This document shows, piece by piece, positions 40,978-53,165 of a stretch of 56,148 bases of DNA (positions are counted from its first letter, which is position 1; every line of letters begins with the position of its first letter). The stretch is from Prorocentrum cordatum. Lineage: Eukaryota. The DNA lies in the NCBI GenBank assembly GCA_963575745.1, contig CAUYUJ010000109.1, positions 62,001 through 118,148 on the forward strand. Reading direction: 5' to 3'. The notes under the pieces were generated by a model, which was given only the letters and a program-made list of their open reading frames with translations, ran no database searches and had not been told where the DNA came from. A program made the position numbers and the translations under genes.

Positions 40978-41620
40978 TTATGGCGTTTTTTCTTCTTCTT
41001 CTTCTTCTAGTAGTTCGGGCCGAATTAGATCGCGCTGTAGCCCCGGAGAAAAGTCTCGGCAAACGCCTGTCGGGCAGCAACTTGAGCCAGGCCGTCGGCG
41101 AGCTGCAGGAGTGTATTGTTCGTCCAGCGGCACACTCCAACACAGGGCCTTCGCACGCTGTGTAGTTGTCTTCACCTCCAGGGCCGTCCGTCGTTCCTTG
41201 ATGCCCAAACCTCCGCTGATTGACAGGCTGGCGTCGTGCAGACCCTTCGTGTCGACCACAGTCACTGCTTCACCGAGCCTGTGCATGGTAGCCTCGTCGA
41301 CGACGGGCTGCGTCGGGTCGATCATGCAGCTCGCGAACATTTTGGCCCACTCGAGCGCGTCCACGGCGTTTGCTGCTGCTTGGGCTTCGGATGCAAGACT
41401 GCTCCGAGACAGTCGATCCAACTCGCATGAAGCCCAATCCAGGATAATGAGCGGCATTGCGTAACCCTCGGTGACGGGCTACTCATTTGCCAAGAAGATC
41501 AGGTCGCCGCCCTGGGAACTCCCGTTGGGCCAGGTCGCCCACGACGCGTCCAGGTAGACTCCGAGACGCCATTGAGACATCGGCCCACCGTCCTCAGAGT
41601 GCAGGCATGCGTTGGCGTAT
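40978..41620 (-). pseudogene. Copia RNase H domain
   Basis: DASWA, SQGG, RSSLASEAQA, VDTKGLHD, ERRTALE and QLADGL motifs across frameshifts. Confidence 0.85.
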
Positions 41621-41818
41621 TGCTCTGCGAATCGCGGCGTCTTGCTCGTGTCCAGCCTATCCTGGACCTCGGGGTGGCCGCTTGCGGCCCGAGCGAACGA
41701 GGCACTCGCCGATTGGAAGACCGCTTCCCGAGCAGCGGGCCCCCGCAGGGCCCGGATGCAGGATCGGAGCGCGCGATGCTCGGTCGGTGTACGCTCCTCC
41801 AGTGGCATTGACCTTCTT

Positions 41819-41991
41819 CAAGGGCTCCCTCGAGGGCGCGAAGTTATTCGCGCTTCGCGCTTCGCGGTCCTCGTTCCTTCTCCCCCTCCTCCTCGTCCTC
41901 CTATTCTCCCTTTGGGGGGGCGGCGCGAGGGCGCGAAGTTATTCGCGCTTCGCGCTTCGCGCAGCGCGAAGCGCGAAGCTGGGAGCCCTTG
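41819..41991. mobile_element. MITE nested in the copia pol region, 173 bp, 11 bp TIR, 5 bp TSD TTCTT
   Basis: CAAGGGCTCCC / GGGAGCCCTTG; TTCTT at 41814-41818 and 41992-41996; internal CTTCGCG palindromes. Confidence 0.8.
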
Positions 41992-41999
41992 TTCTTGCC

Positions 42000-43050
42000 C
42001 CTGTCGATCGTGATGGGCTGTATCTTGCATGGATTCTCCCGAATTGTCAGGTCGATCGTGCTCAGCAGCGGACTCTGAACTGTATGGCCTCCACAACACA
42101 CGCGATCGCACGAGAATTCCCAGCCGCCAGCACGGAATCGCTTGTTGAGAGATCGCATGCGATCCACAAAACCGTGCAGTTGCCTTCCCTCGTATGGCTT
42201 GACGGCCTGCTGATAAGCGATGCCTTACCCACCTCCGATCACATCGTCCACGTGTAGCCCCAGGACTCCATCCACTATCAACCGCTGAGAGTTGTACACC
42301 TTAGGCGATGCTTAAGAAAACCTAAGTTTTCGGCCAGAGTCTCGATTATTCTTAACGTTTCCATGTAAACCTTTAGATGTTAATAGAAACGTTGGGTTTT
42401 TATTCAAGTTCTGAGACTGTGAATTTCTTAACCCATGATTTCTTAAGCATTTCGCAGGGTGTACGGGAAAACGTCAAAATCGTCGTCCTGGTCGGTGGCC
42501 CATCGTCTCCAAAGGCAGCACCATCTCGTCGGGTTGGAGGTCGATCATCCTCTGGAGTCTCCTTCTCAGATCTGCGCCCGGGATCCCGCAAACTCTGTTC
42601 TCGATGTCCTCGTTCAGCCAGGAAATTGCTTTGACATCTTCTGAGAACACTTTCCATGTTCGTGTCGCACACATCTGGAAATGAACTTTCTGCCCAACCT
42701 CGATACCGTCGGGCTCTCGGTGTCAAACTTTGTGTAAGAGCGTCTATGTGTTTGAAGCCTTGCATAGTGATCCCCGCATTGTCCTTGTGGCTTTCTGGTT
42801 TCTGTTTCCACTTAAGTAAGTACCTCATGGGCACGCCCTCGTTGGGGTTGGCAGCATCCTTGTGTACTCGCTCCCACGCGCGGTGATCTATCCAGGGCAG
42901 AAGAGCTTCGCCATCGGCCTGACCGAACTGCTTGCGCTCCTCGTATCCAAGCCTCTTCTCACATGTCGTCTCCGCGCGATGGGACGCCAAGTGGACGGTA
43001 TCTTCGTACTCCTCGCCATGCTTTTCCAGAAGCAGCAGCTCCTTGCTCAT
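42000..43050 (-). pseudogene. Copia reverse transcriptase domain, disrupted
   Basis: VPMRYLLKWK, GFKH, SPTVSRLG, VFSEDVK, HVDD, LNKRFRAGGWE. Confidence 0.85.
42297..42461. mobile_element. AT-rich MITE nested in copia RT, 165 bp, TA TSD (Tc1/mariner-like)
   Basis: TA-CACCTTAGGCGATGCTTAAGAAA ... TTTCTTAAGCATTTCGCAGGGTG-TA. Removing it joins VFPYNSQRLIVDGVLGLHVDD on the minus strand. Confidence 0.85.
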
Positions 43051-43799
43051 CAGGGCATGCTCGACGGTGAAGTCCGAGGTAGGGGTCGTCGTAGGCGTGG
43101 CGTTCGGTGTCAGACTCTCGAACTTTATCGTCTTGCCTGCCGGCAGTGCACTTAGGTTTGGTGATCACGTCGGGGAGGGCCTGCTGGTGGTCCGTCAATG
43201 GCTCGTCCCCGGCGGTGTCATGCTCGCGATGTTTGCTTGACTTTATGCGTGCATCTTTTGGTTCTGGTTGTGGTGTGGCCGGCTGTGGCGATGGCCCAGC
43301 CTAAGCTTCGGTCAGTGCTGACGAGCTCTGGGGTGCCGTACTCGTCGGTGGTGCTATCGTCGGTGATGGTGTCGGTGCTGATTTCAGTGCTGGCGTCGGT
43401 GCTGGTGGCGGTGCTGGTGTCGGTGGCGACTTCTCTGCGCGGCCCACGTCGTGCGCGTTAGGTCGTCTTGGTCGTGATGTATTGGCTGCTGGCCACGATC
43501 GTCTTGAGCTGCGCTTGCTCCAGCTGCTCGCGCGTCCTCTCCTTCTGGTCGGACTCCCTCTTCGTCGGCCTGTGGGAGCTCCGCCTCATCGCCAGGAGGT
43601 GCGACAGCGGCTCCATCCTCGGGCCCGAATTCTGCAACAGCAGGGTCATGAAGATCGTCGGCGTCCACGACGTCGGGAGGCGGGTGGGGACGATTTTCGC
43701 GAACATTACTTGTGCCTCCACACTGGGAGAGCCTGCGGGCGATGTCACTCATTAGCGTGAGTTTCCGAACAGGTTCGCGATGGTCACGGGCAACTCGTT

Positions 43800-44960
43800 C
43801 CTCGGGATACTCTGGGCGAAGCTGCTCGTGCTAACGCCTGATGGTAGACGTGCCGTGCACGAGCCACAACGCCTTTTCCTTGAGTTGACCGTCCCTCACC
43901 GTAGGCTCGATGAGACAGACCATGGCGGTGCCTCGTCAATGACATTTCTGAAGCTTGCGGTCTCTTTCAACTGTCTTCTAGTGTCACGTCCCGCCCACCT
44001 CGTATTGACGTCGTAGAGGTCGCGCACGTGCCAACAGGACCGAGCGCGCAGCTCGACTGCTGTTGGCCTGAATGAAGGTCTGCGCTGCGAGCGCCTTCCT
44101 GTCCATCATGGCCCTGAGGTTGGTTGGTCCAGCCTCCTGCTGTCCTGGGCCATACTCCTCGTCGGCCAAGCCTCCCTCCAAGAGTGGCTGATAACTCAGG
44201 GCCAGCATTTCAGGGTTGGCGCCTCGGGCTCCTCGTAAGCGGTTGCGCTGGGCAGGTGATGCGTGGCGCGTCGTCAACTTCGTCGTTCTTCTAGCGTTCC
44301 CCGTACAAGGCGATCTGCTCCCGTCGGACAGCGTCGTTGCGCTCCAAGATGCCTAGCTCGTGATGGCACTCCCTCGGAATAAACACAGGACGATGTGGCT
44401 GCCGTCGGTGAAGTTCTTAAGCTCCGTGCTCAGTTGCATCCCGTGCATATCCAAACGCAGCATGCGAGGCGGTCCAGAACTTGCGAACCAGGAGCGCGAC
44501 ACAGCCTTGATCAACTGAGCTACGTTCTCAACCAGCATATGGACGTCCACCTCGTATCTCGAACACTTGCCCCGATGATCAGGACGCTCTGCTTCGCTGG
44601 GGGTAGAGAGCATGCTATATCAGAATGTACCAATGCCCACTATCTCGTTGGGCGACCTCGCAACTTGTAGAGTCGCGACCCTAAAGAGCTTTGGCCTATG
44701 GCGTTTCAGACAATCAGAACTCATTTGGCTTGCCCAAGTCGGTCATCTCTGCTGCCAGGCGTTTGGGCTTTGGATGTCCAAGCTGCAGGTGCAGCTTCCC
44801 AACCTCCTTAATAACCGCATAGTAGAACTTGGTCGTCAGCTGGTTGTAGAGTTCTGGGTGCTCGATCTGGTGCAAGTCCTCGGTGGGCGCTTCCCCAACT
44901 AAACTTACGGACTCGGCACGTCTATGGAAACGGTCGCCACGCAAAATCGTGGCCAATACA
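43800..44960 (-). pseudogene. Copia integrase (Zn finger and core), disrupted
   Basis: LHLQLGHPKP, WFASSGPPRMLRLD, HHELGILER, LWLVHG. Confidence 0.8.
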
Positions 44961-45682
44961 GGTCCGCCAGTTTGTGCGCGTACTTCGTCAGGGGGAGCTC
45001 GTCACCTGCGTAATGAGATCGGTTGCACTCGCAAGCCAAGTCCACCTGCATGGCGATACCTCTCGGCGTCGTTCGAAACATGCTCGTGAATTTTGAGTAA
45101 CCCGTGAACCGCATGCCTTTCGTGAACATTCCAGGCTTGGTGCGGCAGCGATCCCGCAGCACGTCGAAGCACCGCCTCATCTTCTGCAGGATGCGGTGCA
45201 CGTGGGGATCTGTCGTTAAATCGATCGCCGTCGTTGCTCCATGCCCGTCTCGTTGTTGCCCCTTAAATGGTACATGAGCCATCTGATACAACAAAACGAT
45301 GTCAGCTTGGCCTCACGAAACAGGGGGACGAGCAATGATCATATGATCAGGCTTGCGTTGGTTTCGGTACCCCTCGAAATCTCCTGCACCGCCTTGAATA
45401 GTATAATCCGATCCAGTCTGAGAAGGAAGCGTCTCAACCTCCACATACTGACCGAAACTTGCGCACACCTTTCCAAGGGTACCGTCGTGTACGAACCATC
45501 CCCAAATGCAATTATGTCCAGTGCTATGCTCCTTCAGGTACTTATCAGCGTGGGAGGTGACGGACTGGTGGATAGCGAAGTGACCTTCAAACTGCAAGGT
45601 CTGTTCGTCCTTGGCCTTCGGTTCCTCGTCGTATGAAAACGCATAGTAACAATTCTCGTAAGCGATGCCCTCGTTGTCATAG

Positions 45683-46390
45683 TCATTGCGGTCGTTCTGA
45701 GAGGTGGCTGGTTGTCCCGTCGGTCGCAATATGTTTGTCATTTATGGCCGTCATCACTACATTTTGAGGCTTCACCTCAGAAAGCAGATCAACGTCAACA
45801 TGCTTTTTGACAGGCGAGAGCTCCACATCAAACCAGCCACGGTCGGTTGCTATTGCGATAGTCTCGAACAGAGCTCCATTCAGCAGTAACTCCTTGCGAC
45901 AGTAGAAGTGTAGTCTTTCCAGGAAGTTTGCGAACACAGTCGCTTGGATACGCCGCAAAGATTCAGGAAACTCTGCAAGGCGCGTCGCGTGCAGCACGCT
46001 ATCATTACCACACTTGAGTATTCGATGACACCTCGCAGTCTTGATGTGCTCGGCCATGCCTTTGCCATGCGCAATCCGTAATCGCTTCTGCCAAGCATTG
46101 TCTCCCATGTCTGGAAACGTACATCCGCTATCCTCAACGGCAGTGTCGGGCTCGACGTGCAGAACCTGCTCGAAGCCGTCACCCATGTTCTCCTCCGTGG
46201 TCTCCTCCTTCGCGATGTTTGGGCACTCGCTCCACACCTCTTCCAACGCGTGAGGTTCCTCCGCGTCACCGTCACCGGCAGGCGTTGCGCCTCTGGACTC
46301 TAGCCGACATCTCTTGTGAAACGGGGCCCGTGCTGCTGGGTATATAGCCCCACTCGATTTAGTTCCCGCCGGCGGCGACGCGCCGGACAC
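45683..46390 (-). pseudogene. Copia aspartic protease region
   Basis: AVEDSGCTFPDMG (D-S-G motif), then ILKCGND (cf. FxFGNG). Confidence 0.65.
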
Positions 46391-48611
46391 GAAGGCAGAC
46401 CTCGGAGTAGATCGGGGTGCTGCGAAGCGTGGTGCTGCGAAGCGTGGTGCTGCTCGCGGTGCTGCTCGCTACGCTGGTTTGCCACCCTTGCCTTCCCCGC
46501 CGCCTCGTCTTTTGCCTTTGCTCTTCTGGGTACCTGCGGCCTCCTTTGGATGATAGCGCTCTCGATGTCGCTCCTCTCGATGCGGTCTGATTGTCGCTCT
46601 CCTTTACTGTTAGCAAGATCTCACATACGACGTCGCGACTCAGTGTGCGTGGCGAGGGCCTCTTCAGTCTCAGCATTGGCGTCGTTGGCTTCCGTCGAGG
46701 CTTCGGCCCCACTCGCGTCATGGCCGTGCCCATAGTAGTATTCGTCACCCTCGTACCACGCGTAATGATGACAGAGAAGGATGTTCATGCAAGGCAGAAG
46801 GAATTTGCCAAGTTTGATTGCACGATAACACAGGCATTGGAGTTGGAGTTAGACGCGGATGATCTTCTCCAATATCGTTTTTTTCCTCGTCTACGAAATT
46901 ACTTTCCTCGCCCGTGAACTATACTATCTCCCCATCCTGCGTCTCCTCTTTGTCCCAAGACTTCGTCCAAAGTGTATCTTCTCCCACGCTTGCACTGCTG
47001 AAACTCAAGTCAATGCCCCAAAGGTCTCTGGCATTTGCGTTCGAATCGGGTCCAAAGATCTCTCGCAGTGCATGCCTGATATTATCTTGCGTCAGGACAC
47101 CCTTGCAATGTGTTTTGACATTTACGTACGTCTATTGAGGTATCCAAGATCTTGCCAATAGATGCCACCCAAGCAATTTACTGAGTAACTCTTTGTCCAC
47201 TTCGCTCAACTGCTTGATTTCCAACTGATGTCTTGCAATCTGCTTGTGCATTGTCTCGCTCTTCTTGCGTCTAGATCTGTGAAAGAAGTTATTGTGTCTC
47301 TCTGTCTCGTGCATTTTCAACATTTTCTTGTCAAACTTGTAGTTGACGTCCAACAGCTCTCTTATGACGATCTACGTCCACCATCTCAGCCGGGTCCCAC
47401 TCGGTATCCTGAAGACGAACAAACATAAGATACGCACCTCCCACTAACAAACTTTGCCACGTATTCGGCACTGACGTTCGAAAGCCTCGAGAAGCCTTTT
47501 GAAGTTCTTGGACATGAACCCTCGATGGTGGGCGCACTCTTCGATGCATCACTGGCAGGACCCCTCTCTCTCATCGGCGTGGGCGTCTCGACGTCCCACG
47601 ATGTGTCCGGCCTTGGATCTAGAACGTCCAGGCCTCCTTCTGGGAAGGGTGCTCCTCGTGCAGCTCCACCTGTCGGTTCGGCTGGTGCTGCTGCTTCTGT
47701 CGGGCGGCCTGGCCCTTTGCCTTTTGCTCTGCCGCGGCCTCCCAAGACTTCCACGGCCTCTCGGCGGCCCCATCTTCAGATCACTTCCTGCAAGTCGTGT
47801 AGCCACGGCGGATCGGCAGGCTCCGCCACGAATATCAAGGATAAGATCTCGAAGACTTTGAAGTCCAGGCGGTCAAAGTCGTAAGACACAGTCAACATAG
47901 ATCCTGATATGCCAATAATGAGGCACGAGCATCTGTTCCAACATGTGAGTAGAAGTTCGCCCCAAGCTGGTGCGGCTCAGGGCGCTCTGTGCGGAGCGTA
48001 CATGGCAGCGGTGGCAGCGGTGAGCACAAACAAGTCTTAAGCACACACACACACACGCACACGCACTGCCTGCACAAATACCCTGCACAAGTTACTGAAT
48101 GAGACTGCATGCCATGTCGGAGGGGGAGGGGAAGGAGGGAGGAGGCTGCGCGGTGGCCCGAGGGCGGCCTGCGGGTCCCGCGGTTGGCGGGGCCTCGGAG
48201 GGCGCCCACCTTGGCCATACGCCGATGGCCAGCGCCTCGTGGACGGCCTCTGGGTCACATCACCCCAGCGCCGTGCCGGGGGAGCAGGGGACGGGCCTCC
48301 TGGAGGGAGGGCGACCGCCACCTGCCAGGGCCCATCCCTCGCTTCTCGACGATACGGTGCTGGGCACGAGGGGGCCAGCAGCAGGGCACAAGACGGATTC
48401 CCCCCCCGGGGGCCCTCCCACCAGACCCGTACGACCTGCCGCAACAGGCGCTCAGGAGGCGGTGAGCGCGGGATCCGACCTGGGGGGGAGCTCCCGCACG
48501 GGTCTGCCGCGGCGGTTCTGCCTCACGCGAGAGCTGACGAGGAGAGAGAGACTGCCTGCTCTCCACCCACCCCCCAGCCTTGCCTCGACGCCTGGATGCT
48601 CTGGTGAGGAC

Positions 48612-48981
48612 ATGATGATGATGCTGATGATGATGCCGATGATGTTGATGATGCTGCTGATGATGAGGATGGTGATGATGGTTATGGTGGTGCTAATGAT
48701 GATGGTGATGATGATGCTGATGGTGATGATGGTGATGATGCTTCTAATATAAGGATGCTGATGGTGCTGATGCTGATGATGCTGATGATGATGTTGATGA
48801 TGATGATGATGCTGATGATGATAATGATGTGGGTAATGATGATGATCATGATGATGATCATGATGATGATGCTGATGGTGATGATGATGCTGATGCTGAT
48901 GATATAACGATGATGGTGATGGTGATGCTGATGGTGGTGCTGCTGATGATGATGATGCTAATGATGATGGTGATGATGATT

Positions 48982-49017
<36 letters not shown>

Positions 49018-49312
49018 GGGGATCTGATGGTGCTGATTCTAATGCTGATGATGCTGCTGATGGTGATGATCATGATGATGTTGCTGATGGTGACGATGCT
49101 GATGCTGCTGATGCTGCTGATGATGATTATGGTGATGATGATGCTGACGGTGATGATGCTGATGAAGATGATGATGATGGTGCTGGTGATGATGATGACG
49201 ATGATGATGCTGCTGCTGCTGATGATGATGATGATGACGGTGTTGATGATGCCAATGCTGACGATGATGATGACCACGATGATGATGATGATGCTGATGA
49301 TGATGATGATGC

Positions 49313-49350
<38 letters not shown>

Positions 49351-49400
49351 GTGATGATGATGCTGCTGCTGATGATGATTATGATGATGTTCATGTTATG
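48612..49400 (+). repeat. Degenerate (GAT)n tract
   Basis: Directly visible. Confidence 0.95.
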
Positions 49401-50586
49401 CTGACGAAGAAGAAGACTATCCACCGTACTTGTCAAGACGAATCAGCATACTAATACGAGTAACTATGAGGATATTGTAACTGGGTAAACTTACTATGGA
49501 GGTATATATTGGAATTTCATTATATATATTTGTTGTTCAAGATTACATCTATTTTTTAAAAATTATATTTAATGGATTGGGATTTCATAATATGATATAT
49601 TTATATGATATATTTATATCACATTCATATTATTATTATTATGTCTATACCCAGGATATTTATGTAATAGTAGTAATCATACTAAGGTGGATACGAATGA
49701 TAATGATACACATGATAATTGGGATGCAGGTAAGATAACAGTAGTCGTATCAACACTGATAACACATATAATTCGTAATTCTAAGAGTAGCAATAACGAA
49801 CATCCTACTAAGAAGAAGAGGAGGAGGGGGAGGAGGAGAAGGAGGAGGAGGAGGAACAGCACGGCGTGGACAAGCTATCGAAAGCCCGCGCAGATTTCTG
49901 GGGCCAGCGCCGGACCCCCCGCTTGGCGCGTGGAGCGCGCCACGGGCTGCGCCTGGGGCGACGCCAGGGGGGTCCAGCGCAGAGCCGAGGATCCGCGCGG
50001 ACTTCCGAAGGTGCACGCTCATGCTGATTGCGAAGGCCTTACGGCCTGTGCCGCCGACCCCGGAGGCCACGAAGATGGAAACCCTGGGGGGGGTGGAGGA
50101 GGAGGAGGAGGTGGAGAGGGAGGAAGGGTGGAGGAGGCAGTCGAGGGAGCAGGCGGGGGAGAATGATGAGGAGGAGGACTTCCGAAAGTGCGCGCTCATG
50201 CTGATTCCGGCGCCTCCCGGCCCAGGAGCGGGCCGCGGTGCCGTCCGGGCCCCGCGCCCCCTGGGCCCCTCCCGCACAGGCCCGGCGCGCCGTGGAGTCG
50301 CGCCACCTGTGTACGAGGCACTAACTCCAGCCCCGCGCCTGCCTCCTCCTCCTCCTCCTCCTCCTCACATCCTCCTTCTCTTACCATCCGTACCCTCCTC
50401 TGGCTTCGCTCCCCAAGAAAAAAATAAGTGAGACTCCTCTCCTCCCTTCCTCCTCGCTCCTCCTCCTACTCTCCTCCTCCTCGTCCTCTCTCCCCCTTTA
50501 ATGTGGCATCTGTTGACCCTGGTTGCCCGCTCAGGCTCTCCCAGGCAGGGCAATGGGCAGCGAGGTGCGCCGGGGGTGTAGCTTCA

Positions 50587-50748
50587 AGTCGGGCCTGTCC
50601 CTCTACAGGAGGAGTGCGCAAGAATAGTCACACAAATGGTCTGGGGACGATTTGTTGTGTAAGCATTTTTTTTGACTAGTTGGGGGTACTTGTTGGGTCA
50701 TGTTTAATCCTTCGCCCAAAATCCGCCCGTAGGGGTACACGCTCGACC
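50587..50748. mobile_element. MITE, ~162 bp, inverted copy of the 24104-24259 family
   Basis: AGTCGGGCCTGTCCCTCTACAGG ... CCCGTAGGGGTACACGCTCGACC; internal GTCTGGGGAC is the reverse complement of GTCCCCAGAC in the other copy. Confidence 0.75.
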
Positions 50749-51263
50749 TAAATGTAGCTGCTCCGATCCTCGCCCCCGCAGCAGATGCAGTCTTTCGGCC
50801 ACGCGCAGAGGGGGGCTAGGGGGAGGGGGGAAGGCTTCTTAGAAGCACCCCCGCTTCTCAGAAGGCGCTGCGCTTCTCTGCTGACGTGAGGCCAGGGCCT
50901 GCTGAGAAGCAGGGCGCTCCTGAGGAGCCTCTCCACCTCCCCCTGCCCCCCTCTGCGCGCCGCCAGGCCTCGACGAACAACAGCACACACTGTGTTTTTT
51001 TCCCACTGTGCTTTTTTTGGTGTTTTTTTGCCACTGCGTGTGTGTTTTTTCCCACTGCTTTTTTTTTGTTGTTTGTTTTTGTCCCCCCTGCCCCCCTCTG
51101 CGCGCCGCCAGGTCTCGACGCCTGGCCCGTAGGGCGCCTGCCCCCGACGCGGCCGAGGGCCGCCGGGTGGGCTCTTCAAGCCGGGGCCACGGGCCGCTGC
51201 CCCCCGAGCGGTGGCTCCGGCCTTCCCCGTCTGGAGGGCCCGTCAACGGCACCGTAACGGGTA

Positions 51264-51450
51264 CGGTAGGTTTGCGTCGTGTCGACCAGCGGCGACCCCA
51301 GCGCGGGCGTTCAAGGTTGAACGCCGCCGGCGACCAGAATCGATCGATGTTGAACGATCGGACGTTGCGGCAGCGGCCGATCGTTCAAGGTTGAACGATC
51401 CCTGCGGTGTCAAAAACCAACGCTGGGGTCGGCACGACACGAACCTGCCG
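51264..51450. mobile_element. MITE, 187 bp, ~28 bp imperfect TIR, TA TSD, two internal hairpins
   Basis: TA-CGGTAGGTTTGCGTCGTGTCGACCAGCG ... CGCTGGGGTCGGCACGACACGAACCTGCCG-TA; hairpins at 51306-51325 and 51379-51400. Confidence 0.75.
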
Positions 51451-52934
51451 TACTTACTAACGGGTACTTTGAATTTTTGCTGAGAGTTGCCATTTTAGGG
51501 CCTTTTTCTTGCATTGCAGCTTTGCCCACATCGGGAAGGGTTGGGTTCGCTGGGTCACTGGCCAAAGTACCCGTTAGTGGAGTCCTCGTTTGAGGGGCGT
51601 TGAGCTCTCTTCGAATCTGAAGGTGCCCACTGGTCGTCGAAAGTATGTCTTTCTGGAGTCCCAGATTCCAATCTGCTTTCAACGCCTTCCTGCTCCAGTG
51701 ATCGATTGTCTGCACCTTTTCCGTCCTCTTTCGGGGGCGGGCGGACACCCAATCTATTTTCAACGCCTTCCTACTTCATTTTTCTGCTACTTCTTCCGAC
51801 CGATGGGTCGGGCACTGGCCTGGTGTGTGGCAGGAGGAGGTCCCTGCGCGCCTCCAGGCTTGTCCTCTTCGTGTATGTCTGCCGCTGTGCCCCCCCGTGC
51901 TCGTCGAGTAAGTCTGGCCAGGCCGGAATGCCCGACAGTGCCGTTTTTAATACATGCTCCGCGTGCGGATCATGTATTACATTTCAGGGTTTTAGTGCTA
52001 AAGGCAACGATGAGTTCATGCATAAGTTTATTAACGCATCAGTCATGTATCAAACATCCTACGTTTTTCAACATCCAATGTGCTAAAAACTGCCCTGTAC
52101 TCTGGGAGAAGCCCGAGGGACTGAGGGGCCCATGTCGAGGTGTCTGCTGGGCAGGCCTCCGGACATGCTCTGCGACAGAGCTCCTGCTCGGGGAGGGTCC
52201 ACAGCCGGGCGCTCTCCGCGCGGCCACCTGGATGACCGCGGGGCCGTGGCCCGGGGCACGCCACCCCAGCTCGGCCGCGGCCACGCCTGCGTTTCGCCAG
52301 GCGTCGGCTTCGAGGAGTTGTCGGGGGTGGACAGAACCCCCAACAGTGACACGTCGATTAGTGCATTGTCCGTTTTCGGTTCTCGAGAGGGCGCCGCGGC
52401 CGTTATTTTCCAGGCTTGCGCCCGCCAGGTTTGGGCCTCAGGTCGTTTTCACCAAACCACGTTTTACTAAAGGGAGGCCTGTCCATCCCCGAGAATGCAA
52501 GGGCCCACGAGTCATGGGCTCGGTTCAGGAGCTGGTCTGCTCCTGGACATACTCCCAGGAGCCACCGGCCAAACCTCAGCCCTCCTTCCACGACTGACTC
52601 GAGAATTCCCATTGCCGCCCCCAACGGTAGAGTGCCTCGGGCGACTTGACCTGCCAGACTGGCTACTTTTGCACTGGCTGCCCCAAGGCGCTAAGAGAGC
52701 AAGGCGAGATCGCTGCGCCACGGCAGCCCTGGCCACCGATGCTGCGTGACTCTTCCCACGTCTTCTCGACTTTGCTCCACGAGGCCAAAGTGCAGGGCCT
52801 GCCACTGCGGTGGTTGCACGTGGTGCTCGCCGCCTCCAGCAACCATTGCCGCGTGCTTTGTCGTTTTGTGCGTTGCCTTGTACTTCTGGGCCCAGGCCGC
52901 CATCTTCGCGAATGCCGCCTGGGGGGGTGGGGCA

Positions 52935-53165
52935 GGAGGAGGGGGACGAGAAGGAGGAGGAGGAGGAGGAGGAGGAGGAGGAGGAGGAGGAGGAGGGCGA
53001 GGAGGAGGAGGAGCAGGAGCAGGAGCAGGAGGAGGAGGAGAAGGAGGAGGAGGAGGAGGAGGAGGAGGAGCAGGAGGAGGAGGAGGAGGAGGAGGAGGAG
53101 GAGGAGGAGGAGGAGCAGGAACAGAAGCAGGAACGCGAGGCGGCGGAGGAGGAGCAGGAGCAGGA
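52935..53165 (+). repeat. (GGA)n microsatellite
   Basis: Directly visible. Confidence 0.95.

Larger units (their letters stand above)
40481..48100 (-). mobile_element. Decayed Ty1/copia LTR retrotransposon (gag-PR-IN-RT-RH order); LTR pair not identified
   Basis: Minus strand, in order: protease AVEDSGC (~46130); integrase LHLQLGHP (~44770), WFASSGPPRMLRLD, HHELGILER, LWLVHG...EQLRP; RT VPMRYLLKWK, SPTVSRLG, WKVFSEDVK, LGLHVDD (42243-42254); RNase H YLDASWA...SQGG, WASCELDRLSRSSLASEAQA, DTKGLHD, QLADGL (~41085). Many stops and frameshifts. Confidence 0.9.

Noticed and set aside
47880..48100. 5' LTR of the copia element
   Set aside because: No matching copy was found near 40480; the 3' end runs into the GTA tract.
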